The notes below the pieces were generated by a model. That model was not told the DNA's origin. It made no database searches and was given only the letters and a program-made list of their open reading frames with translations. DNA of 64,000 nucleotides. Origin: an uncultured Clostridium sp. Its GTDB lineage: Bacteria; Bacillota; Clostridia; TANB77; CAG-508. The translations under genes were made by a program, and so were the position numbers. Below, piece by piece: positions 42,294 through 55,001 of the stretch (the first letter of the stretch is position 1; every line of letters begins with the position of its first letter). Location of the stretch: assembly GCA_949467015.1 (NCBI GenBank), contig CASVZF010000001.1, positions 820 through 64,819 of the forward strand, read 5' to 3'.

Positions 42294-43241
42294 TTACTCA
42301 TCTTCTTTTGCAAAATCCAATCCTAATGAATGTAATTTCGCTGTTACCTCATCAAAAGATTTCTTTCCTAAATTTCTTACTTTCATCATATCTGTTTCAG
42401 ATTTATTTGTTAAGTCTTCAACTGTAGCAATACCAGCTCTCTTTAAACAGTTGAATGATCTTACAGATAACTCTAATTCTTCAATTGACATCTCTAAAAC
42501 TTTTTCTTTTTTTGATTCTTCTTTTTCTATCATAACTTGTGTATTTTTTGTAGCTTCTGATAAATCAATAAATAATTCTAAATGCCCTGTCATTACCTTA
42601 GCAGCTAAACTTAAAGCTTCATGGGCTTTTAAACTTCCATCCGTCCAAACCTCGATTACTAATTTGTCATAATCAACCATTTGTCCAACTCTTGTGTTTT
42701 CAACTTGATAATTTACTTTTTTTACTGGTGTATAGATTGAGTCAATTGGAAGTACCGATATGTCTTGATCTGCTTTCTTATTTTTATCAGATGAATTATA
42801 TCCTCTACCTCTGTCAGCTGTCATTTCCATTTTTAATTTTCCACCTTCAGAAACTGTAGCTATATGTAATTCAGGATTTAATATTTCTACTGTTCCATCT
42901 GTTATAATATCAGCTGCTGTAACTTCTCCTTCACCTTTAAAGTCTATTCTTAGAATTTTTTCTTCATTTTCATCAAATTTTAGTCTTACATTTTTCAAAT
43001 TAACAATTATTTCTGGTACATCTTCAACTACATTTTGTATTCCAGAAAATTCATGTAATACTCCATCTATTTTTACACTTGTAATAGCACATCCAGGAAG
43101 TGATGAAAGTAAAATTCTTCTTAGAGAATTTCCTATTGTTACTCCATAACCTCTTTCTAATGGCTCACATACAAATTTCGCATAATTGTTTGTATCATCA
43201 ACCTCTAGACATTCAATATTTGGCTTTTCAAATTCTATCAT
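42294..43241 (-). CDS. rpoA: DNA-directed RNA polymerase alpha subunit
   Basis: 315 aa; [14 protein letters not shown]; C-terminal [16 protein letters not shown]. Confidence 0.95.
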   Translation of the reverse strand: MIEFEKPNIECLEVDDTNNYAKFVCEPLERGYGVTIGNSLRRILLSSLPGCAITSVKIDGVLHEFSGIQNVVEDVPEIIVNLKNVRLKFDENEEKILRIDFKGEGEVTAADIITDGTVEILNPELHIATVSEGGKLKMEMTADRGRGYNSSDKNKKADQDISVLPIDSIYTPVKKVNYQVENTRVGQMVDYDKLVIEVWTDGSLKAHEALSLAAKVMTGHLELFIDLSEATKNTQVMIEKEESKKEKVLEMSIEELELSVRSFNCLKRAGIATVEDLTNKSETDMMKVRNLGKKSFDEVTAKLHSLGLDFAKEDE

Positions 43242-43348
43242 TTTTACCTCCTAATATTCGAGAATATATCCCAAATTTTTTAAAACTTCTAGGTTTCTTA
43301 AGTAAAATTTAAAAGTTTTGATTAAACCTTTTATATTACTTTCAACTA

Positions 43349-43975
43349 TTATTTTGAGTAAAGCTCTACTATTAAATGCTCTTCGATTGGAATATCAACA
43401 TCTTCTCTAGATGCCAATCTAATTACTTTACCACTTAATTTCTCACTATCTTTTTCAAGCCATGCAGGTATTGGTCTTTTTGCAGATTCTTCAACATTTA
43501 ACTTAATGGTAGCATTATCCTTCTTTATTTCTCTAACAGTAATAACATCTCCTGGTTTTACTAAATATGATGGGATATCTACTCTTTTGCCATTTACTTC
43601 AAATTGAGCATGATTTACAAACTGTCTTGCTTGTGCTCTAGATGTTCCAAATCCTAATCTATAAACAACATTATCTAATCTACTCTCTAAAATTTGTAAT
43701 AAGTTTTCACCTGTTACACCTTTTTTGTTTGAAGCCATTTCAAAGTATTTTCTAAATTGCTTTTCTCCAACTCCATAATATGCTTTTGTTTTTTGTTTTT
43801 CTCTTAATTGAGTTCCGTATTCAGAAAGTTTTGCTCTTTTTTGTCCATGTTGTCCTGGTGCATAATTTCTTCTTGAAATACTACATTTATCTGAATAACA
43901 TCTCTCACCTTTTAGGAACAATTTTTGTCCTTCTCTACGGCATCTACGACATTGTTCATCTTTATATCTTGCCAT
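43349..43975 (-). CDS. rpsD: 30S ribosomal protein S4
   Basis: [16 protein letters not shown]...; S4 domain. Confidence 0.95.
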   Translation of the reverse strand: MARYKDEQCRRCRREGQKLFLKGERCYSDKCSISRRNYAPGQHGQKRAKLSEYGTQLREKQKTKAYYGVGEKQFRKYFEMASNKKGVTGENLLQILESRLDNVVYRLGFGTSRAQARQFVNHAQFEVNGKRVDIPSYLVKPGDVITVREIKKDNATIKLNVEESAKRPIPAWLEKDSEKLSGKVIRLASREDVDIPIEEHLIVELYSK

Positions 43976-44075
43976 TTTTATACTCCTTTCTTTACTTTGA
44001 GACAGGGAACAAATCTTTTTTATTCGGTCATTTTTATAATATAACCTTTCCCCTTATATCTTAATGATTATATAT

Positions 44076-44471
44076 TTATACTCTTCTTCTTTTTGGTGGT
44101 CTGCAACCATTATGTGGTATTGGTGTTACATCTTTAATTGCACTTATTTCTAGACCTGCTGTTTGAAGTGCTCTAATAGCTGCTTCTCTTCCTTGACCTG
44201 GTCCTTTAACAAATACTTCCACTGTTTTTAATCCATGTTCCATAGCAGCTTTTGCAGCTGTTTCTGCAACTTGGCCTGCTGCAAATGGTGTGCTTTTTCT
44301 AGAACCTTTATATCCTAATTCTCCAGCACTTCCCCATGATATTGCATTTCCTTGTGTATCTGTAATTGTAACGATTGTATTATTGAAACTAGAATGAATA
44401 TGAGCTGCTCCTTTTTCAATGTTTTTTCTATTTCTTCTAGCAACCTTTTTAGTTGTTACATTTTTAGCCAT
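44076..44471 (-). CDS. rpsK: 30S ribosomal protein S11
   Basis: [18 protein letters not shown]...[13 protein letters not shown]. Confidence 0.95.
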   Translation of the reverse strand: MAKNVTTKKVARRNRKNIEKGAAHIHSSFNNTIVTITDTQGNAISWGSAGELGYKGSRKSTPFAAGQVAETAAKAAMEHGLKTVEVFVKGPGQGREAAIRALQTAGLEISAIKDVTPIPHNGCRPPKRRRV

Positions 44472-44529
44472 TTTGCTTCTTCCTCCTCTATCCAAAATTG
44501 AATTCTGAATTCTATTTCATATTATTTTT

Positions 44530-44901
44530 TTAAGCCTTTTTCGTTTTACTAACTAATTTTCTAGGACCTTTTCTAGTTCTAGCATTAGTTTTTGTTCTCT
44601 GACCTCTTACTGGTAAACCTCTTCTATGTCTTAATCCTCTGTAGCATCCAATTTCTGTAAGTCTTTTGATGTTTAATGCTACTTCTCTTCTTAAATCACC
44701 TTCAACTGTATAAGATTCATCCATTACTTTTCTAATATCATTAACTTGATCATCTGTTAAATCTTTCACTCTAGTATCTGGATTTATACCAGCCTTTTCA
44801 AGAATTTTTCTAGAACTTGATACACCTATTCCATAAATATATGTAAGTCCTATTTCTACTCTTTTTTCTTTAGGTAAGTCTACTCCTGCTATACGAGCCA
44901 T
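44530..44901 (-). CDS. rpsM: 30S ribosomal protein S13
   Basis: [26 protein letters not shown]. Confidence 0.95.
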   Translation of the reverse strand: MARIAGVDLPKEKRVEIGLTYIYGIGVSSSRKILEKAGINPDTRVKDLTDDQVNDIRKVMDESYTVEGDLRREVALNIKRLTEIGCYRGLRHRRGLPVRGQRTKTNARTRKGPRKLVSKTKKA

Positions 44902-45092
44902 ATTTTTTTGCACCTCCAAATTTTTTTGTTTTGTTTGTCCTAAAATTACTTAAAGGTGAAATGCACTAGCGTTTACTCTAGTCTCTTTAAATATTTTAAA
45001 ACATATATATAAACACAAATTTGATATGTAACTTCTAAAAATAGAAATTCACAGCCGCTACCTAATTTGTGTTATGAACGAAATATAAAGGA

Positions 45093-45206
45093 TTATCCTT
45101 GTCTTTGTTTGTGTTTAGGGTTTTCACAAATAACTCTAATTTTCCCTTTTCTTTTTATTACTTTACATTTGTCACACATTTTTTTAACTGATGGTCTTAC
45201 TTTCAT
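45093..45206 (-). CDS. rpmJ: 50S ribosomal protein L36
   Basis: Hand-translated [37 protein letters not shown]; GGAGG RBS; below the ORF-track length cutoff. Confidence 0.9.
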   Translation of the reverse strand: MKVRPSVKKMCDKCKVIKRKGKIRVICENPKHKQRQG

Positions 45207-45386
45207 TTTATTTGCACCTCCTTGGCTTGCTAATTCATGTATTTTGGGTTAATTTTTTACATTAAACAAATTTAAATTGTTAAGATGTAAATTTTAGATA
45301 TTAATTGTAAGGCAATGTCATACTTTGTATATGTCAAAATTTACAATTCATAACAAAATTTGCAGATTAATGATTTAAATTCTGTT

Positions 45387-45605
45387 TTATTTCGCTCTCC
45401 ATGTGATTCTACCTCTTGTCAAATCATAAGGTGAAAGTTCTACTTTTACCTTATCGCCAGGTAAGATTTTTATATAGTTCATTCTTAATTTACCTGATAT
45501 ATGAGCTAATATTTGATGTCCATTCTCAAGTTCTACCTTGAAATTAGTATTTGGTAGTGCTTCCACTACAGTTCCTTCTACTTCTATAACATCTTCTTTT
45601 GCCAA
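45387..45605 (-). CDS. infA: translation initiation factor IF-1
   Basis: [35 protein letters not shown]. Confidence 0.95.
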   Translation of the reverse strand: MAKEDVIEVEGTVVEALPNTNFKVELENGHQILAHISGKLRMNYIKILPGDKVKVELSPYDLTRGRITWRAK

Positions 45606-45691
45606 CTTTTTCCCCTCCTATAAAAGAGTTTTTTCTATTTTATGCAAAATTTGGCAATCGTGCATAATAACTATTATATTATATATCATCC

Positions 45692-46504
45692 TTAAAGGAT
45701 TGTCAAGATTTCTGGCTCTTTTTCTGTAATTAAAATTGTATTTTCATAATGTGCTGCCAAACTTCCATCTTCTGTTATGATTGTCCAACCATCATCTAGT
45801 TCTAAAATATTAGGTTTTCCTTGAATTACCATAGGTTCTATTGCCAATGTCATTCCTGGTTCTAATCGAATTCCTTTTCCAGCTTTACCATAATTAGGAA
45901 TTCCTGGATCTTCGTGCATTTCTCTTCCTATTCCATGTCCTTGAAATTCTCTTACAACAGAATATCCTTGGGAATGTACATATTCTCCTATCGCATGGCA
46001 AACATCTCCAATTCGATAACCTGGTTTAGCATATTTAATTCCTTCAAAAAATGCTTGTTTTGTCACTTCAACTAATCTTTTTGCCTCTTTCGATACTTTC
46101 CCTATCATAAAAGTTCTTGCAGCATCACCATGAAAGTCATTTTTTAAGGCTACTGTATCAATACTTACGATATCTCCCTCTTTTATAATTTTATGTTTTG
46201 ATGGAATTCCATGAATAACTTCATCATTGATAGAAATGCATATCGATGCCGGATATGGTGGTATTCCTCTTATTCCCACATCATATCCCTTTTCTGCCGG
46301 AATTGCTCCTAAACTCCTGATTATCTTTTCAGCAATTTGGTCTACTTCCCAGGTTGACATTCCTGGTTTTATTTCTTTTTCTAATTTATCATATAAAATA
46401 GCAACAACTTTGCATGCTTCTTTCATACATTCAATTTCTCTTTTTGACTTAATTGTTACCACTTCTATCGTCTCCTTATTATTCGCAATTTTCTTTTTTT
46501 TCAA
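45692..46504 (-). CDS. map: type I methionine aminopeptidase (start uncertain; the ORF overlaps the adk end)
   Basis: HGIP, D..GD.ART, HGIG and EPM metal-binding motifs. Confidence 0.85.
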   Translation of the reverse strand: MKKKKIANNKETIEVVTIKSKREIECMKEACKVVAILYDKLEKEIKPGMSTWEVDQIAEKIIRSLGAIPAEKGYDVGIRGIPPYPASICISINDEVIHGIPSKHKIIKEGDIVSIDTVALKNDFHGDAARTFMIGKVSKEAKRLVEVTKQAFFEGIKYAKPGYRIGDVCHAIGEYVHSQGYSVVREFQGHGIGREMHEDPGIPNYGKAGKGIRLEPGMTLAIEPMVIQGKPNILELDDGWTIITEDGSLAAHYENTILITEKEPEILTIL

Positions 46505-47156
46505 TATAATTTATTACGTCTTTTGCTACATCTTCCCCTAATTTGTTTATCTTCTTACTAACTACAGCTGAATATAAATTTCCGCTTTTTTCATAATAAT
46601 TTACAAGAGGACTTGTTTGTTCAAAATAATTTTTTAATCTTGACTCTACTGTTTGAGCATTGTCGTCTTTTCTTTGTACCAATTCATGACCACATTTATC
46701 ACATATTCCCTCTTTTTTAGGTGGGTTCAATACAATGTTATATACTGCTTTACATTCTTGATTCGAGCATACTCTTCTATTCACAATTCTTTCTATAATT
46801 TCTTCTTCTGGTGTAGTTAGATTAATTACTAAATCTACTTTCTTTTCTTTTCCCTTTAATATTTCATCTAATTTTTCTGCTTGATTAACCGTCCTTGGGA
46901 ATCCATCTAGTATAATTCCTTTTTGCACATCCGGTTCTTCTAATCTATTTTTTACCAAATCAATAGTAACTTCATCTGGAACTAAATTTCCTTTTGAAAT
47001 ATAACTTTCCGCTAATTTTCCAAGTTCTGTTCCTTCTTTTATATGCTTTCTAAAAATATCTCCTGTTGATACTTGTGGTATTTCCAATTTATCTTTTAAA
47101 ATACCTGCAACTGTACCTTTTCCAGTACCAGGTGCTCCTAACATTATAATGATCAT
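46479..47156 (-). CDS. adk: adenylate kinase
   Basis: GAPGTGKGT P-loop; CxxC...CxxC lid domain. Confidence 0.9.
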   Translation of the reverse strand: MIIIMLGAPGTGKGTVAGILKDKLEIPQVSTGDIFRKHIKEGTELGKLAESYISKGNLVPDEVTIDLVKNRLEEPDVQKGIILDGFPRTVNQAEKLDEILKGKEKKVDLVINLTTPEEEIIERIVNRRVCSNQECKAVYNIVLNPPKKEGICDKCGHELVQRKDDNAQTVESRLKNYFEQTSPLVNYYEKSGNLYSAVVSKKINKLGEDVAKDVINYIEKKENCE

Positions 47157-47344
47157 ATAAACACTTCCTCTACTTTTATTTTAAGATTACTCTTGCTTTT
47201 AAAACGCATTTAATAATCTTTATCCTATTTACTTTTCATAAATAAACAGGATAAAAATTATTAATGTAATAAGTAAAAAGATAACGAACAAGTTGGAAAG
47301 GCAATTTTCTATTTTCTTTGCCTTTCCTTCTTATGTCCTTTATA

Positions 47345-48664
47345 TTATTCTAAGAATCCTTTATAATGTCTCATTGCTAATTGAGATTCCAATTGTTGAA
47401 CCGTTTCTAATGCAACACCTACAACAATTAATATTGATGTACCACCAAATGCTATATTTAAGTTTGTAAATCTTAATAACATAGGTATAATAGCTATTAA
47501 TGCTAGGAAAAATCCTCCAAACCATGTTAACTTAGATATAATTGATGATAAATATTCTGTTGTTGGCTTACCAGCTCTTATTCCTGGGATGAATCCTCCA
47601 TTTTTCTTAATATTATTTGATACTTCTGCTGGATTAAATGTAGCATAAGTATAGAAAAATGTAAATCCTACAATTAATAGCAAATAAACAAGTGCATTTG
47701 CTAGTGAATATCCCCATCCTACTGATGATGTTGATGTAGCAATTGAAAATTTATATAATCCTGCTAAAAAGCCAGTTTGATTTTGTATATCTTGTACAAA
47801 AATTTGAATAATCATAGCTGGAAATGTCATAAATGACGAAGCAAAAATTACTGGCATAACACCTGCCATAGCAAGTTTTAATGGTATATGTGTACTTTGT
47901 GCTCCAACCATTTTTCTTCCTACTACCTTTTTAGAATATTGTACTGGAACTCTTCTTTCAGCTTGTTGCACAAATACAACTCCAGCTACCAAAATAATTG
48001 CTCCTACAACAATTCCTATTGCTGTTAATAACCCTGTTGTACTGAATCCTGATTCAGTAACGATTAAATTCCATAATGTTGTTACTCCACTTGGTAGTCT
48101 AGAAATGATACCAATAAAAATTAATAATGATATTCCATTTCCAATTCCCTTGCTAGTTATTTGTTCTCCTAACCACATTAATATTGATGTACCGGCAACC
48201 AAACCAGTTACTATTAATAGTCCTGTTAAAAAACCATCATTTATAAATATTCCAGATGATTTATAAGATAAATAAATACCAATACCTTCCACTAAAGCTA
48301 AAACTATAGTTAGCATTTTTGTATATCTGTTTATCTTTTTTCTTCCTTCTTCTCCACCTTCTTTTGTTAATTTTTCTAAAGATGGAATAATCATCCCTAA
48401 TAATTGAATCACAATAGAAGCTGTAATATATGGACTAATTGACATAGCAAAAACAGAAAATCTTGAAAAAGCTCCTCCTGAAATCATATCAATTAATCCT
48501 GCTATTCCATTTGTATTAGACATAGCTTCATTTAATGCTATGCTATTTACTCCTGGTACTGTTATATAGCATCCTAATCGAAACACTACTACTAGTAATA
48601 ATGTATATAATATCCTTTTTCTAACATCAGGTGTCTTTAATGCATTCTTTATTGTTTGAAACAA
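47345..48664 (-). CDS. secY: preprotein translocase subunit SecY
   Basis: 439 aa, 10-TM profile; ALGI.PYITASII-like segment. Confidence 0.9.
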   Translation of the reverse strand: MFQTIKNALKTPDVRKRILYTLLLVVVFRLGCYITVPGVNSIALNEAMSNTNGIAGLIDMISGGAFSRFSVFAMSISPYITASIVIQLLGMIIPSLEKLTKEGGEEGRKKINRYTKMLTIVLALVEGIGIYLSYKSSGIFINDGFLTGLLIVTGLVAGTSILMWLGEQITSKGIGNGISLLIFIGIISRLPSGVTTLWNLIVTESGFSTTGLLTAIGIVVGAIILVAGVVFVQQAERRVPVQYSKKVVGRKMVGAQSTHIPLKLAMAGVMPVIFASSFMTFPAMIIQIFVQDIQNQTGFLAGLYKFSIATSTSSVGWGYSLANALVYLLLIVGFTFFYTYATFNPAEVSNNIKKNGGFIPGIRAGKPTTEYLSSIISKLTWFGGFFLALIAIIPMLLRFTNLNIAFGGTSILIVVGVALETVQQLESQLAMRHYKGFLE

Positions 48665-49099
48665 TTAAATCACCTCAGCCTTTCCGCCTAAAGCTTCGAT
48701 TTCTTCTTTTGCTTTTGTTGTAAATCTCTTCGCTTTAACATTTAATTTTTTCTCTAATTTTCCTGTTGCTAATATAACGATACCATCATTGATTTTTCCA
48801 ATAATACCTTCTTCTAATAAACTTTCAGCTGTAACCTCTGTATTTTTTACTTTATTTAACATCTTAAATGTTACTTCCGTGTATGTATTAGCATGTATAT
48901 TATTAAATCCTCTTTTTGGTAATCTTCTATATAATGGTGTTTGACCTCCTTCAAAACCTCTTCTTACGCCTCCACCACTTCTTGCTTTCTGTCCTTTATG
49001 ACCTCTTCCTGAAGTTTTTCCATTTCCTGAAGCCATACCACGACCTACTCTATTTCTCTTTACTTTTTTTGCAGCTGGTTTTAATTCGTCTAATTTCAT
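48665..49099 (-). CDS. rplO: 50S ribosomal protein L15
   Basis: [25 protein letters not shown]. Confidence 0.95.
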   Translation of the reverse strand: MKLDELKPAAKKVKRNRVGRGMASGNGKTSGRGHKGQKARSGGGVRRGFEGGQTPLYRRLPKRGFNNIHANTYTEVTFKMLNKVKNTEVTAESLLEEGIIGKINDGIVILATGKLEKKLNVKAKRFTTKAKEEIEALGGKAEVI

Positions 49100-49221
49100 T
49101 TATGCCTTGCACCTCCTTTAATTTGAAAGGAACACTTCTTTACTCAGGGAAATTTGTCTAGGGATAAGAAATTTCCTCCCCTTATAAATATGTGTTTTCC
49201 TCTTTTTTTCTTTATTCATTA

Positions 49222-49707
49222 CTATAAAATATCTTCTACTTTTTTTCCTCTTTTTTTAGCTACTGTTTCAATTGTTTGCATTGATTTTAATCCTTCAATT
49301 GTAGCATAAACAACATTTCTTGGATTGTTTGTTCCAATAACCTTTGTTCTTATATTTTTATAACCTGCTAATTCTAATACTGGTCTAACGCTTCCTCCAG
49401 CAATAACTCCAGTACCGATTGCTGCTGGTTTTAACATTACTTTTGCACTTCCAAAAGTTCCAACATATTCATGAGGTACGGTTGTTTCAACAATTGGTAC
49501 TTCGACTAAATTCTTTTTTGCTTCTTGGATTGCTTTTTTGATAGCATCTGGAACTTCAGCTGCCTTACCATTCCCAACACCTACATGACCATTTTCGTCA
49601 CCAACAACTACTACTGCACTAAATCTGAAAGTTCTACCACCTTTAACAACTTTAGCAACTCTGTTGATAGCAACAACTTTTTCTTTTAATTCATTTTTTT
49701 CTTCCAT
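49222..49707 (-). CDS. rpsE: 30S ribosomal protein S5
   Basis: [27 protein letters not shown]. Confidence 0.95.
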   Translation of the reverse strand: MEEKNELKEKVVAINRVAKVVKGGRTFRFSAVVVVGDENGHVGVGNGKAAEVPDAIKKAIQEAKKNLVEVPIVETTVPHEYVGTFGSAKVMLKPAAIGTGVIAGGSVRPVLELAGYKNIRTKVIGTNNPRNVVYATIEGLKSMQTIETVAKKRGKKVEDIL

Positions 49708-49876
49708 AGGTTTTAGTTTTTCCTCCTTCTTTGTTAATGTAAGGGATTACACTTTTATTCTAGGCATTCCTTCAAAAATAGATAGTACTTTATCACTATA
49801 TCATTACTTTTTCTAGAGCTATAACATTCTCTACATGTATCAATAAGTGTTTCCCCTTAAAATAGCTTTTTATTAA

Positions 49877-50236
49877 TTAGAAGTTTAATCCGCCTTCTCT
49901 TGCAGCTTCTGCTAATTCTTTTACCACGCCATGATATATATATCCGCTACGATCAAAAACTACTGTCTTTATATTTTTAGTTGCAGCTTTTTTGCTAATT
50001 AGTAATCCTAATTCTTTAGCAGCTTCCTTATTAGCATGTTTTGTTTTCACTTCTTTATCTAGTGTTGAAGCTGAAACCAATGTATTTCCTGTAACATCAT
50101 CAATAATTTGCACATATAGATTTGTATTACTTCTATATACACATAATCTTGGTCTTTCAGCTGTTCCAGATATTTTTCTTCTAACTCTTATATGTCTTCT
50201 TGTTCTTTCCATTTTTCTATCTGTCTTCTTAACCAT
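49877..50236 (-). CDS. rplR: 50S ribosomal protein L18
   Basis: [24 protein letters not shown]...FDRSGY.YHG. Confidence 0.95.
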   Translation of the reverse strand: MVKKTDRKMERTRRHIRVRRKISGTAERPRLCVYRSNTNLYVQIIDDVTGNTLVSASTLDKEVKTKHANKEAAKELGLLISKKAATKNIKTVVFDRSGYIYHGVVKELAEAAREGGLNF

Positions 50237-50292
50237 TTTTACTTCTCCTTTCTTGATGTTCAAAAATTGACTATAAGCACCATGCTTAAAAT

Positions 50293-50829
50293 TTATTTAC
50301 CTGTCTTTCCTTCTTTACGTCTAATAACCTCATCAGCATATTTAATACCTTTACCTCTATATACTTCTGGTGGTCTTTTTGTTCTTATAACTGCTGCTGT
50401 TTGACCAACTAATTCTTTATCGATTCCTTTCACGATAATTGTATTAGGATTTGGAACATCAAAAGAAATTCCAGCTGGTGCTTCAAATATTACTGGATGT
50501 GAATATCCTAATGTTAGATTTAAGTTATTCCCTTGTTTTGCTACTCTGTATCCAACACCATTAATTTGTAATTCTTTACTATATGCACTTGTTACACCAA
50601 TAATCATATTGTTAATTAAAGTTCTTGTTAATCCATGTAAACTTCTATTAGCTGGCTCATCATCAATTCTTGTTGTTTTGATAATATTCCCTTCCATTGT
50701 AACAGAAATATTTTTATGTATTTCTCTTTCTAATGTACCTTTTGGTCCTGTTACCGTGATTTTTTGTCCATCTATTTTCACTTGAACTTCTGCAGGTACT
50801 GTAATAGGTTTGTTTCCTATTCTTGACAT
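50293..50829 (-). CDS. rplF: 50S ribosomal protein L6
   Basis: [31 protein letters not shown]. Confidence 0.95.
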   Translation of the reverse strand: MSRIGNKPITVPAEVQVKIDGQKITVTGPKGTLEREIHKNISVTMEGNIIKTTRIDDEPANRSLHGLTRTLINNMIIGVTSAYSKELQINGVGYRVAKQGNNLNLTLGYSHPVIFEAPAGISFDVPNPNTIIVKGIDKELVGQTAAVIRTKRPPEVYRGKGIKYADEVIRRKEGKTGK

Positions 50830-50957
50830 GTTAATTTCCCTCCTTTTTTCTATTATCATGGAAAACACCTTACTTTTGCTTCCATCCACTCGAGGCTAAG
50901 GAAAGTCCTCTACCTCTTGTAAATTAGTATTTTCCCTTATTTTATATTTTGCTTTAA

Positions 50958-51356
50958 TTACCAAACATAAGCTAATACTTCTCCGCCAATTCCTAATTCT
51001 CTTGCTTCTTTATCAGTTTTTAGTCCTTTTGATGTAGAAATAATAGCAATTCCTAGTCCATTTAAAACTTTTGGTAATTCATCTTTTGAAGCATATACTC
51101 TTAATCCTGGTTTACTAATTCTTTTTAAACCATCAATTACTCTTGTACCTTTTTCATCATATTTTAAAGTAATTCTTATCATTCCTTGCGTATCATCTTT
51201 AATTTCTTCAAAAGCTTTTATATATCCTTCTTTAAATAGTATTTCAGCAATTCCTAGTTTCATATTAGAAGCTGGAACATCAACTGTTTTATGCTTTGAA
51301 CTATTTGCATTTCTAATTCTTGTTAACATATCTGCTATTGGATCTGTAATATTCAT
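50958..51356 (-). CDS. rpsH: 30S ribosomal protein S8
   Basis: [13 protein letters not shown]...GGEVLAYVW. Confidence 0.95.
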   Translation of the reverse strand: MNITDPIADMLTRIRNANSSKHKTVDVPASNMKLGIAEILFKEGYIKAFEEIKDDTQGMIRITLKYDEKGTRVIDGLKRISKPGLRVYASKDELPKVLNGLGIAIISTSKGLKTDKEARELGIGGEVLAYVW

Positions 51357-51524
51357 TAATTACTTACCTCCTTTTCTTCTTTTCTATCATTGTTTTAAAA
51401 ATTGATTCAAAGTAGTAAGCTGTGCATTTTTGATATTTACTTTAAGCTAAAGGTGTACAGCTAGTACATCAAAGTTAAAAATAAATAGCGAAAATGTGCA
51501 GATTGCTGCTTTCAATCGATTTCA

Positions 51525-51710
51525 TTACCAGCTAGCTTTCTTAACTCCTGGAATCTCTCCTTTATGAGCTAATTCTCTAAAACATACACGGCATATTCCA
51601 TATTTTCTAATATAGCTGTGTGGTCTACCACATAATTTACATCTATTGTATTCTCTTGTTTTATATTTCTGTGGTCTAGCTTGTTTTATTTTCATTGATT
51701 TTTTAGCCAT
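51525..51710 (-). CDS. rpsN: 30S ribosomal protein S14 type Z (zinc-binding, 61 aa)
   Basis: [25 protein letters not shown]. Confidence 0.95.
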   Translation of the reverse strand: MAKKSMKIKQARPQKYKTREYNRCKLCGRPHSYIRKYGICRVCFRELAHKGEIPGVKKASW

Positions 51711-51868
51711 AGTTTTACTCCTTTCCTTTGACTAATTACTTGATTCTATAAAATTAATTTGAAACAAGTATAACTAGGCAGTCAAGCTAAAAAACCGGAA
51801 TCGTACTTTATTTGTGTACGATGAGGATTTTTTATGCGTAGACTAACGACGTTAGACAATGTTTAAAA

Positions 51869-52408
51869 TTAATTTTTAAAAGGCATTCCTAATAATTTTA
51901 ACAATTCTCTCGCTTCTTCATCTTTTTCAGCTGTTGTTACAAATATAATGTCCATACCTCTTATTTTATCAACTTTATCATATTCAATTTCAGGGAATAT
52001 TAATTGTTCCTTAATACCCATAGAGTAATTTCCTCTACCATCAAAAGAGTTATTTGAAACTCCTCTAAAATCTCTTACTCTTGGTAATGCAACATTAAAT
52101 AATTTATAAGCAAAATCATACATTTTATCTGCTCTTAAAGTTACTTTGCATCCAATATTAGATCCCTCTCTTAATTTAAATGCTGCTATTGACTTTTTAG
52201 CTTTTGTCACAACTGGTCTTTGGCCTGTGATTTGTGTCAAATCATTCATTGCATTTTCTAAAGCTTTAGGATTTTCTTTCAAATCTCCTAATCCTATATT
52301 TATAACTATTTTATCAAGTTTTGGAACTTGCATAACTGATTTATATTCAAATTTTTTCATTAATGCTGGGATTACTTCTTTTTCATATTGTTCTCTTAAT
52401 TTTTCCAT
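51869..52408 (-). CDS. rplE: 50S ribosomal protein L5
   Basis: 179 aa; FRG...[18 protein letters not shown]. Confidence 0.95.
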   Translation of the reverse strand: MEKLREQYEKEVIPALMKKFEYKSVMQVPKLDKIVINIGLGDLKENPKALENAMNDLTQITGQRPVVTKAKKSIAAFKLREGSNIGCKVTLRADKMYDFAYKLFNVALPRVRDFRGVSNNSFDGRGNYSMGIKEQLIFPEIEYDKVDKIRGMDIIFVTTAEKDEEARELLKLLGMPFKN

Positions 52409-52428
52409 TCTATATTAATCCTCCTTTC

Positions 52429-52737
52429 CTATTTCAATTTTGCACCGCATTTTTTGCAAACACGAACTTTTTCATCTTTTTCTACACTATATCCAATTTT
52501 TGTAACTTTTCCACACTTAGGACATACTACATTTACCTTTGAACTTGGTATAGCACACTCTACTGATAGGATTCCGCTTTCTTCTCCTTGTTTTCTAGCT
52601 TTCACATGTTTTTTTCTAACATTTATGCCTTTAACAACAACTTTTTCAAGCTTTGGAATCACTTCTAAAACTTCTCCCGTTTTACCTTTGTCATTACCAG
52701 ATAAAACTTGGACATTGTCTCCTTTTTTTATTCTCAT
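52429..52737 (-). CDS. rplX: 50S ribosomal protein L24
   Basis: MRIKKGDNVQVLSGNDKGKTGEVL KOW motif. Confidence 0.95.
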   Translation of the reverse strand: MRIKKGDNVQVLSGNDKGKTGEVLEVIPKLEKVVVKGINVRKKHVKARKQGEESGILSVECAIPSSKVNVVCPKCGKVTKIGYSVEKDEKVRVCKKCGAKLK

Positions 52738-52900
52738 TAGAGATTGCCTCCTTTTCTATATTTTTTTGTTACTTTTGAAGCTACGATTCATGATTTGTAA
52801 CACTCCTATAACCACAAAGCTATATTCGCTAACAAATACTAAATCTTCGCATCTTTAATCTCTAAAATCCGAATGTTTACTAAGCATTCTCATTAAGAGC

Positions 52901-53269
52901 TTAAAGAACTTCTGGAGCTAATGAAAGTATTTTCATATAGTCCTTCTCTCTTAATTCTCTTGCAACTGGTCCAAAGATACGTGTTCCTTTTGGTGTACCG
53001 TCTTCTTTGATTATAACTGCTGCATTTTCATCAAATTTTATATATGAACCATCTGGTCTTCTTAATCCTTTTTTCGATCTTACGATAACAGCTTTTACAA
53101 CATCACCTTTTTTTACAACTCCACCTGGTGTTGCTGACTTAACGGAAGCAACAATCACGTCACCAATATTAGATGTTTTTCTATATGAGCCACCTAAACA
53201 TCTGATGCACATAAGTTCCTTTGCTCCTGTATTATCTGCTACTTTTAATCTTGTTTGTTGTTGGATCAT
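52901..53269 (-). CDS. rplN: 50S ribosomal protein L14
   Basis: [22 protein letters not shown]. Confidence 0.95.
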   Translation of the reverse strand: MIQQQTRLKVADNTGAKELMCIRCLGGSYRKTSNIGDVIVASVKSATPGGVVKKGDVVKAVIVRSKKGLRRPDGSYIKFDENAAVIIKEDGTPKGTRIFGPVARELREKDYMKILSLAPEVL

Positions 53270-53286
53270 TTATGGTTCCTCCTTTC

Positions 53287-53550
53287 TTATTTAACGATTG
53301 CTTTTTCCATAACTTCAACTACTCTCCATCTCTTATCTTTAGAAAGTGGTCTTGTTTCCATTACTTTTACTTTGTCACCAATTTGGCAAACATTTTGTTC
53401 ATCATGAGCTTTTAATTTATATGTTGTTTTTACTGTTTTTCCATATACTTTATGGCTTACACTTGTTTCAACAGCTACTACAACTGTTTTATCCATTTTA
53501 TTTGATAGAACAGTTCCCACCATAACTTTACGAAGATTTCTTTCTTCCAT
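53287..53550 (-). CDS. rpsQ: 30S ribosomal protein S17
   Basis: [18 protein letters not shown]...HDE. Confidence 0.95.
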   Translation of the reverse strand: MEERNLRKVMVGTVLSNKMDKTVVVAVETSVSHKVYGKTVKTTYKLKAHDEQNVCQIGDKVKVMETRPLSKDKRWRVVEVMEKAIVK

Positions 53551-53677
53551 TTAGATTTCTCCTTTCTACTGTTGTTTATCAGGGGACCTATCTTCCCCTT
53601 TGGTCATTTCTTCCGAGATAAGATATTTTCTCTTTCCTTATAAATAAGGGATGACCTTTATTACAATTAACAGCTCC

Positions 53678-53887
53678 TTACGCCTTTTTCGTTTCAGCTA
53701 TTTTTCTTTCTGTTAATACTGTATTTATTTTAGCTATATCTCTTTTTACTTCCTTTATTTTCATCGGATTATCTAATCCGTTGGTAGCTAAACTAAATTT
53801 TAATTTAAATAATTCTGTTTTTAGTTCACCTAATTCTTTCTCTAAATCTGGTGAAGACATTTCTCTTATTTTATTTATCTTCATCAT
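53678..53887 (-). CDS. rpmC: 50S ribosomal protein L29
   Basis: IREMS..DLEKEL.ELK.ELF.LKF; overlaps the rplP 3' end. Confidence 0.9.
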   Translation of the reverse strand: MMKINKIREMSSPDLEKELGELKTELFKLKFSLATNGLDNPMKIKEVKRDIAKINTVLTERKIAETKKA

Positions 53888-54314
53888 TTTCACCTACCTT
53901 TTCCGTTTCTCTTGCTACAAATTTTGTTTTGTTAGGTAGTTTGTTCATAGCAAGTCTCAAGGCTTCTCTCGCAGTTTCTTCTGGTACACCAGATATTTCA
54001 AACATAACTCTACCTGGTTTTACTACTGCTACCCAATATTCTGGAGCTCCTTTACCTTTACCCATACGAGTACCGATTGGTTTTGCAGTTATTGGTTTGT
54101 CTGGAAAGATTTTAATCCAAACTTTTCCACCTCTTTTTATATAACGAGTCATAGCAATTCTGGCAGCCTCTATTTGGTTACCTGTAACTAATGCTCCTGT
54201 TACAGCTTGAATTCCATATTCTCCATCTGTAACTTTATTTCCTCTCGTTGCCTTTCCTCTCATTCTACCTTTTTGCATTTTTCTATGTTTTGTTCTTTTT
54301 GGCATTAATGGCAT
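53871..54314 (-). CDS. rplP: 50S ribosomal protein L16
   Basis: [19 protein letters not shown]... Confidence 0.95.
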   Translation of the reverse strand: MPLMPKRTKHRKMQKGRMRGKATRGNKVTDGEYGIQAVTGALVTGNQIEAARIAMTRYIKRGGKVWIKIFPDKPITAKPIGTRMGKGKGAPEYWVAVVKPGRVMFEISGVPEETAREALRLAMNKLPNKTKFVARETEKVGENDEDK

Positions 54315-54970
54315 TATTTGTCTCCTCCTTCCACTGGTCTTTCTGGAAGAACTTCTCCTTTATATATCCAAACTTTTACGCCGATTTTTCCATAAGTTGT
54401 ATCTGCTTCTGCAAATCCATAATCAATATCAGCTCTTAAAGTTTGTAGTGGTATATTTCCTTCTTTATAAAATTCTGTTCTAGCCATATCAGCTCCACCT
54501 AATCTTCCAGATACTGCAGTTTTAATTCCTAAAGCTCCTGCTTTTATAGATTTTTGCATACATTGTTTCATGGCTCTTCTAAATGAAATTCTTCTTTCTA
54601 ATTGTCCTGCAATGTTTTCTGCTACCAATTGAGCATCTGTATCAATATTTTTAACTTCTACAATGTTTAAATTGACATCTTTTCCTATTAATTTTGTTAA
54701 TTCTGCTTTCACACTTTCCACACCTGCTCCACCTTTTCCAATAACAATTCCTGGTTTGGCAGTGTATAAGTTTACTTTTATAGCTTTAGCTGTTCTCTCT
54801 ATTTCAATTTTAGAAATTCCAGCAAGATATAATTTTTTCTTCAAAAATTTACGAATTTTTTGGTCTTCTACTAAATAATCTGCAAAGTTATTAGAATCTG
54901 CATACCATTTAGAGTTCCAATCTTTAATTATACCAACTCTTACACCTGTTGGATGTACCTTTTGTCCCAT
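54314..54970 (-). CDS. rpsC: 30S ribosomal protein S3
   Basis: [14 protein letters not shown]...KH domain. Confidence 0.95.
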   Translation of the reverse strand: MGQKVHPTGVRVGIIKDWNSKWYADSNNFADYLVEDQKIRKFLKKKLYLAGISKIEIERTAKAIKVNLYTAKPGIVIGKGGAGVESVKAELTKLIGKDVNLNIVEVKNIDTDAQLVAENIAGQLERRISFRRAMKQCMQKSIKAGALGIKTAVSGRLGGADMARTEFYKEGNIPLQTLRADIDYGFAEADTTYGKIGVKVWIYKGEVLPERPVEGGDK

Positions 54971-55001
54971 TTTGAATGAGTCCTCCTTTTCTTTGCTTAT
55001 T

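Noticed and set aside
45692-46504. The 26-nt overlap of the map ORF with the adk 3' end as a possible recoding site
   Set aside because: No CGG and no frame break are present. The overlap is most simply an over-extended ORF, since a GTG/ATG start further downstream gives a normal-length MAP.
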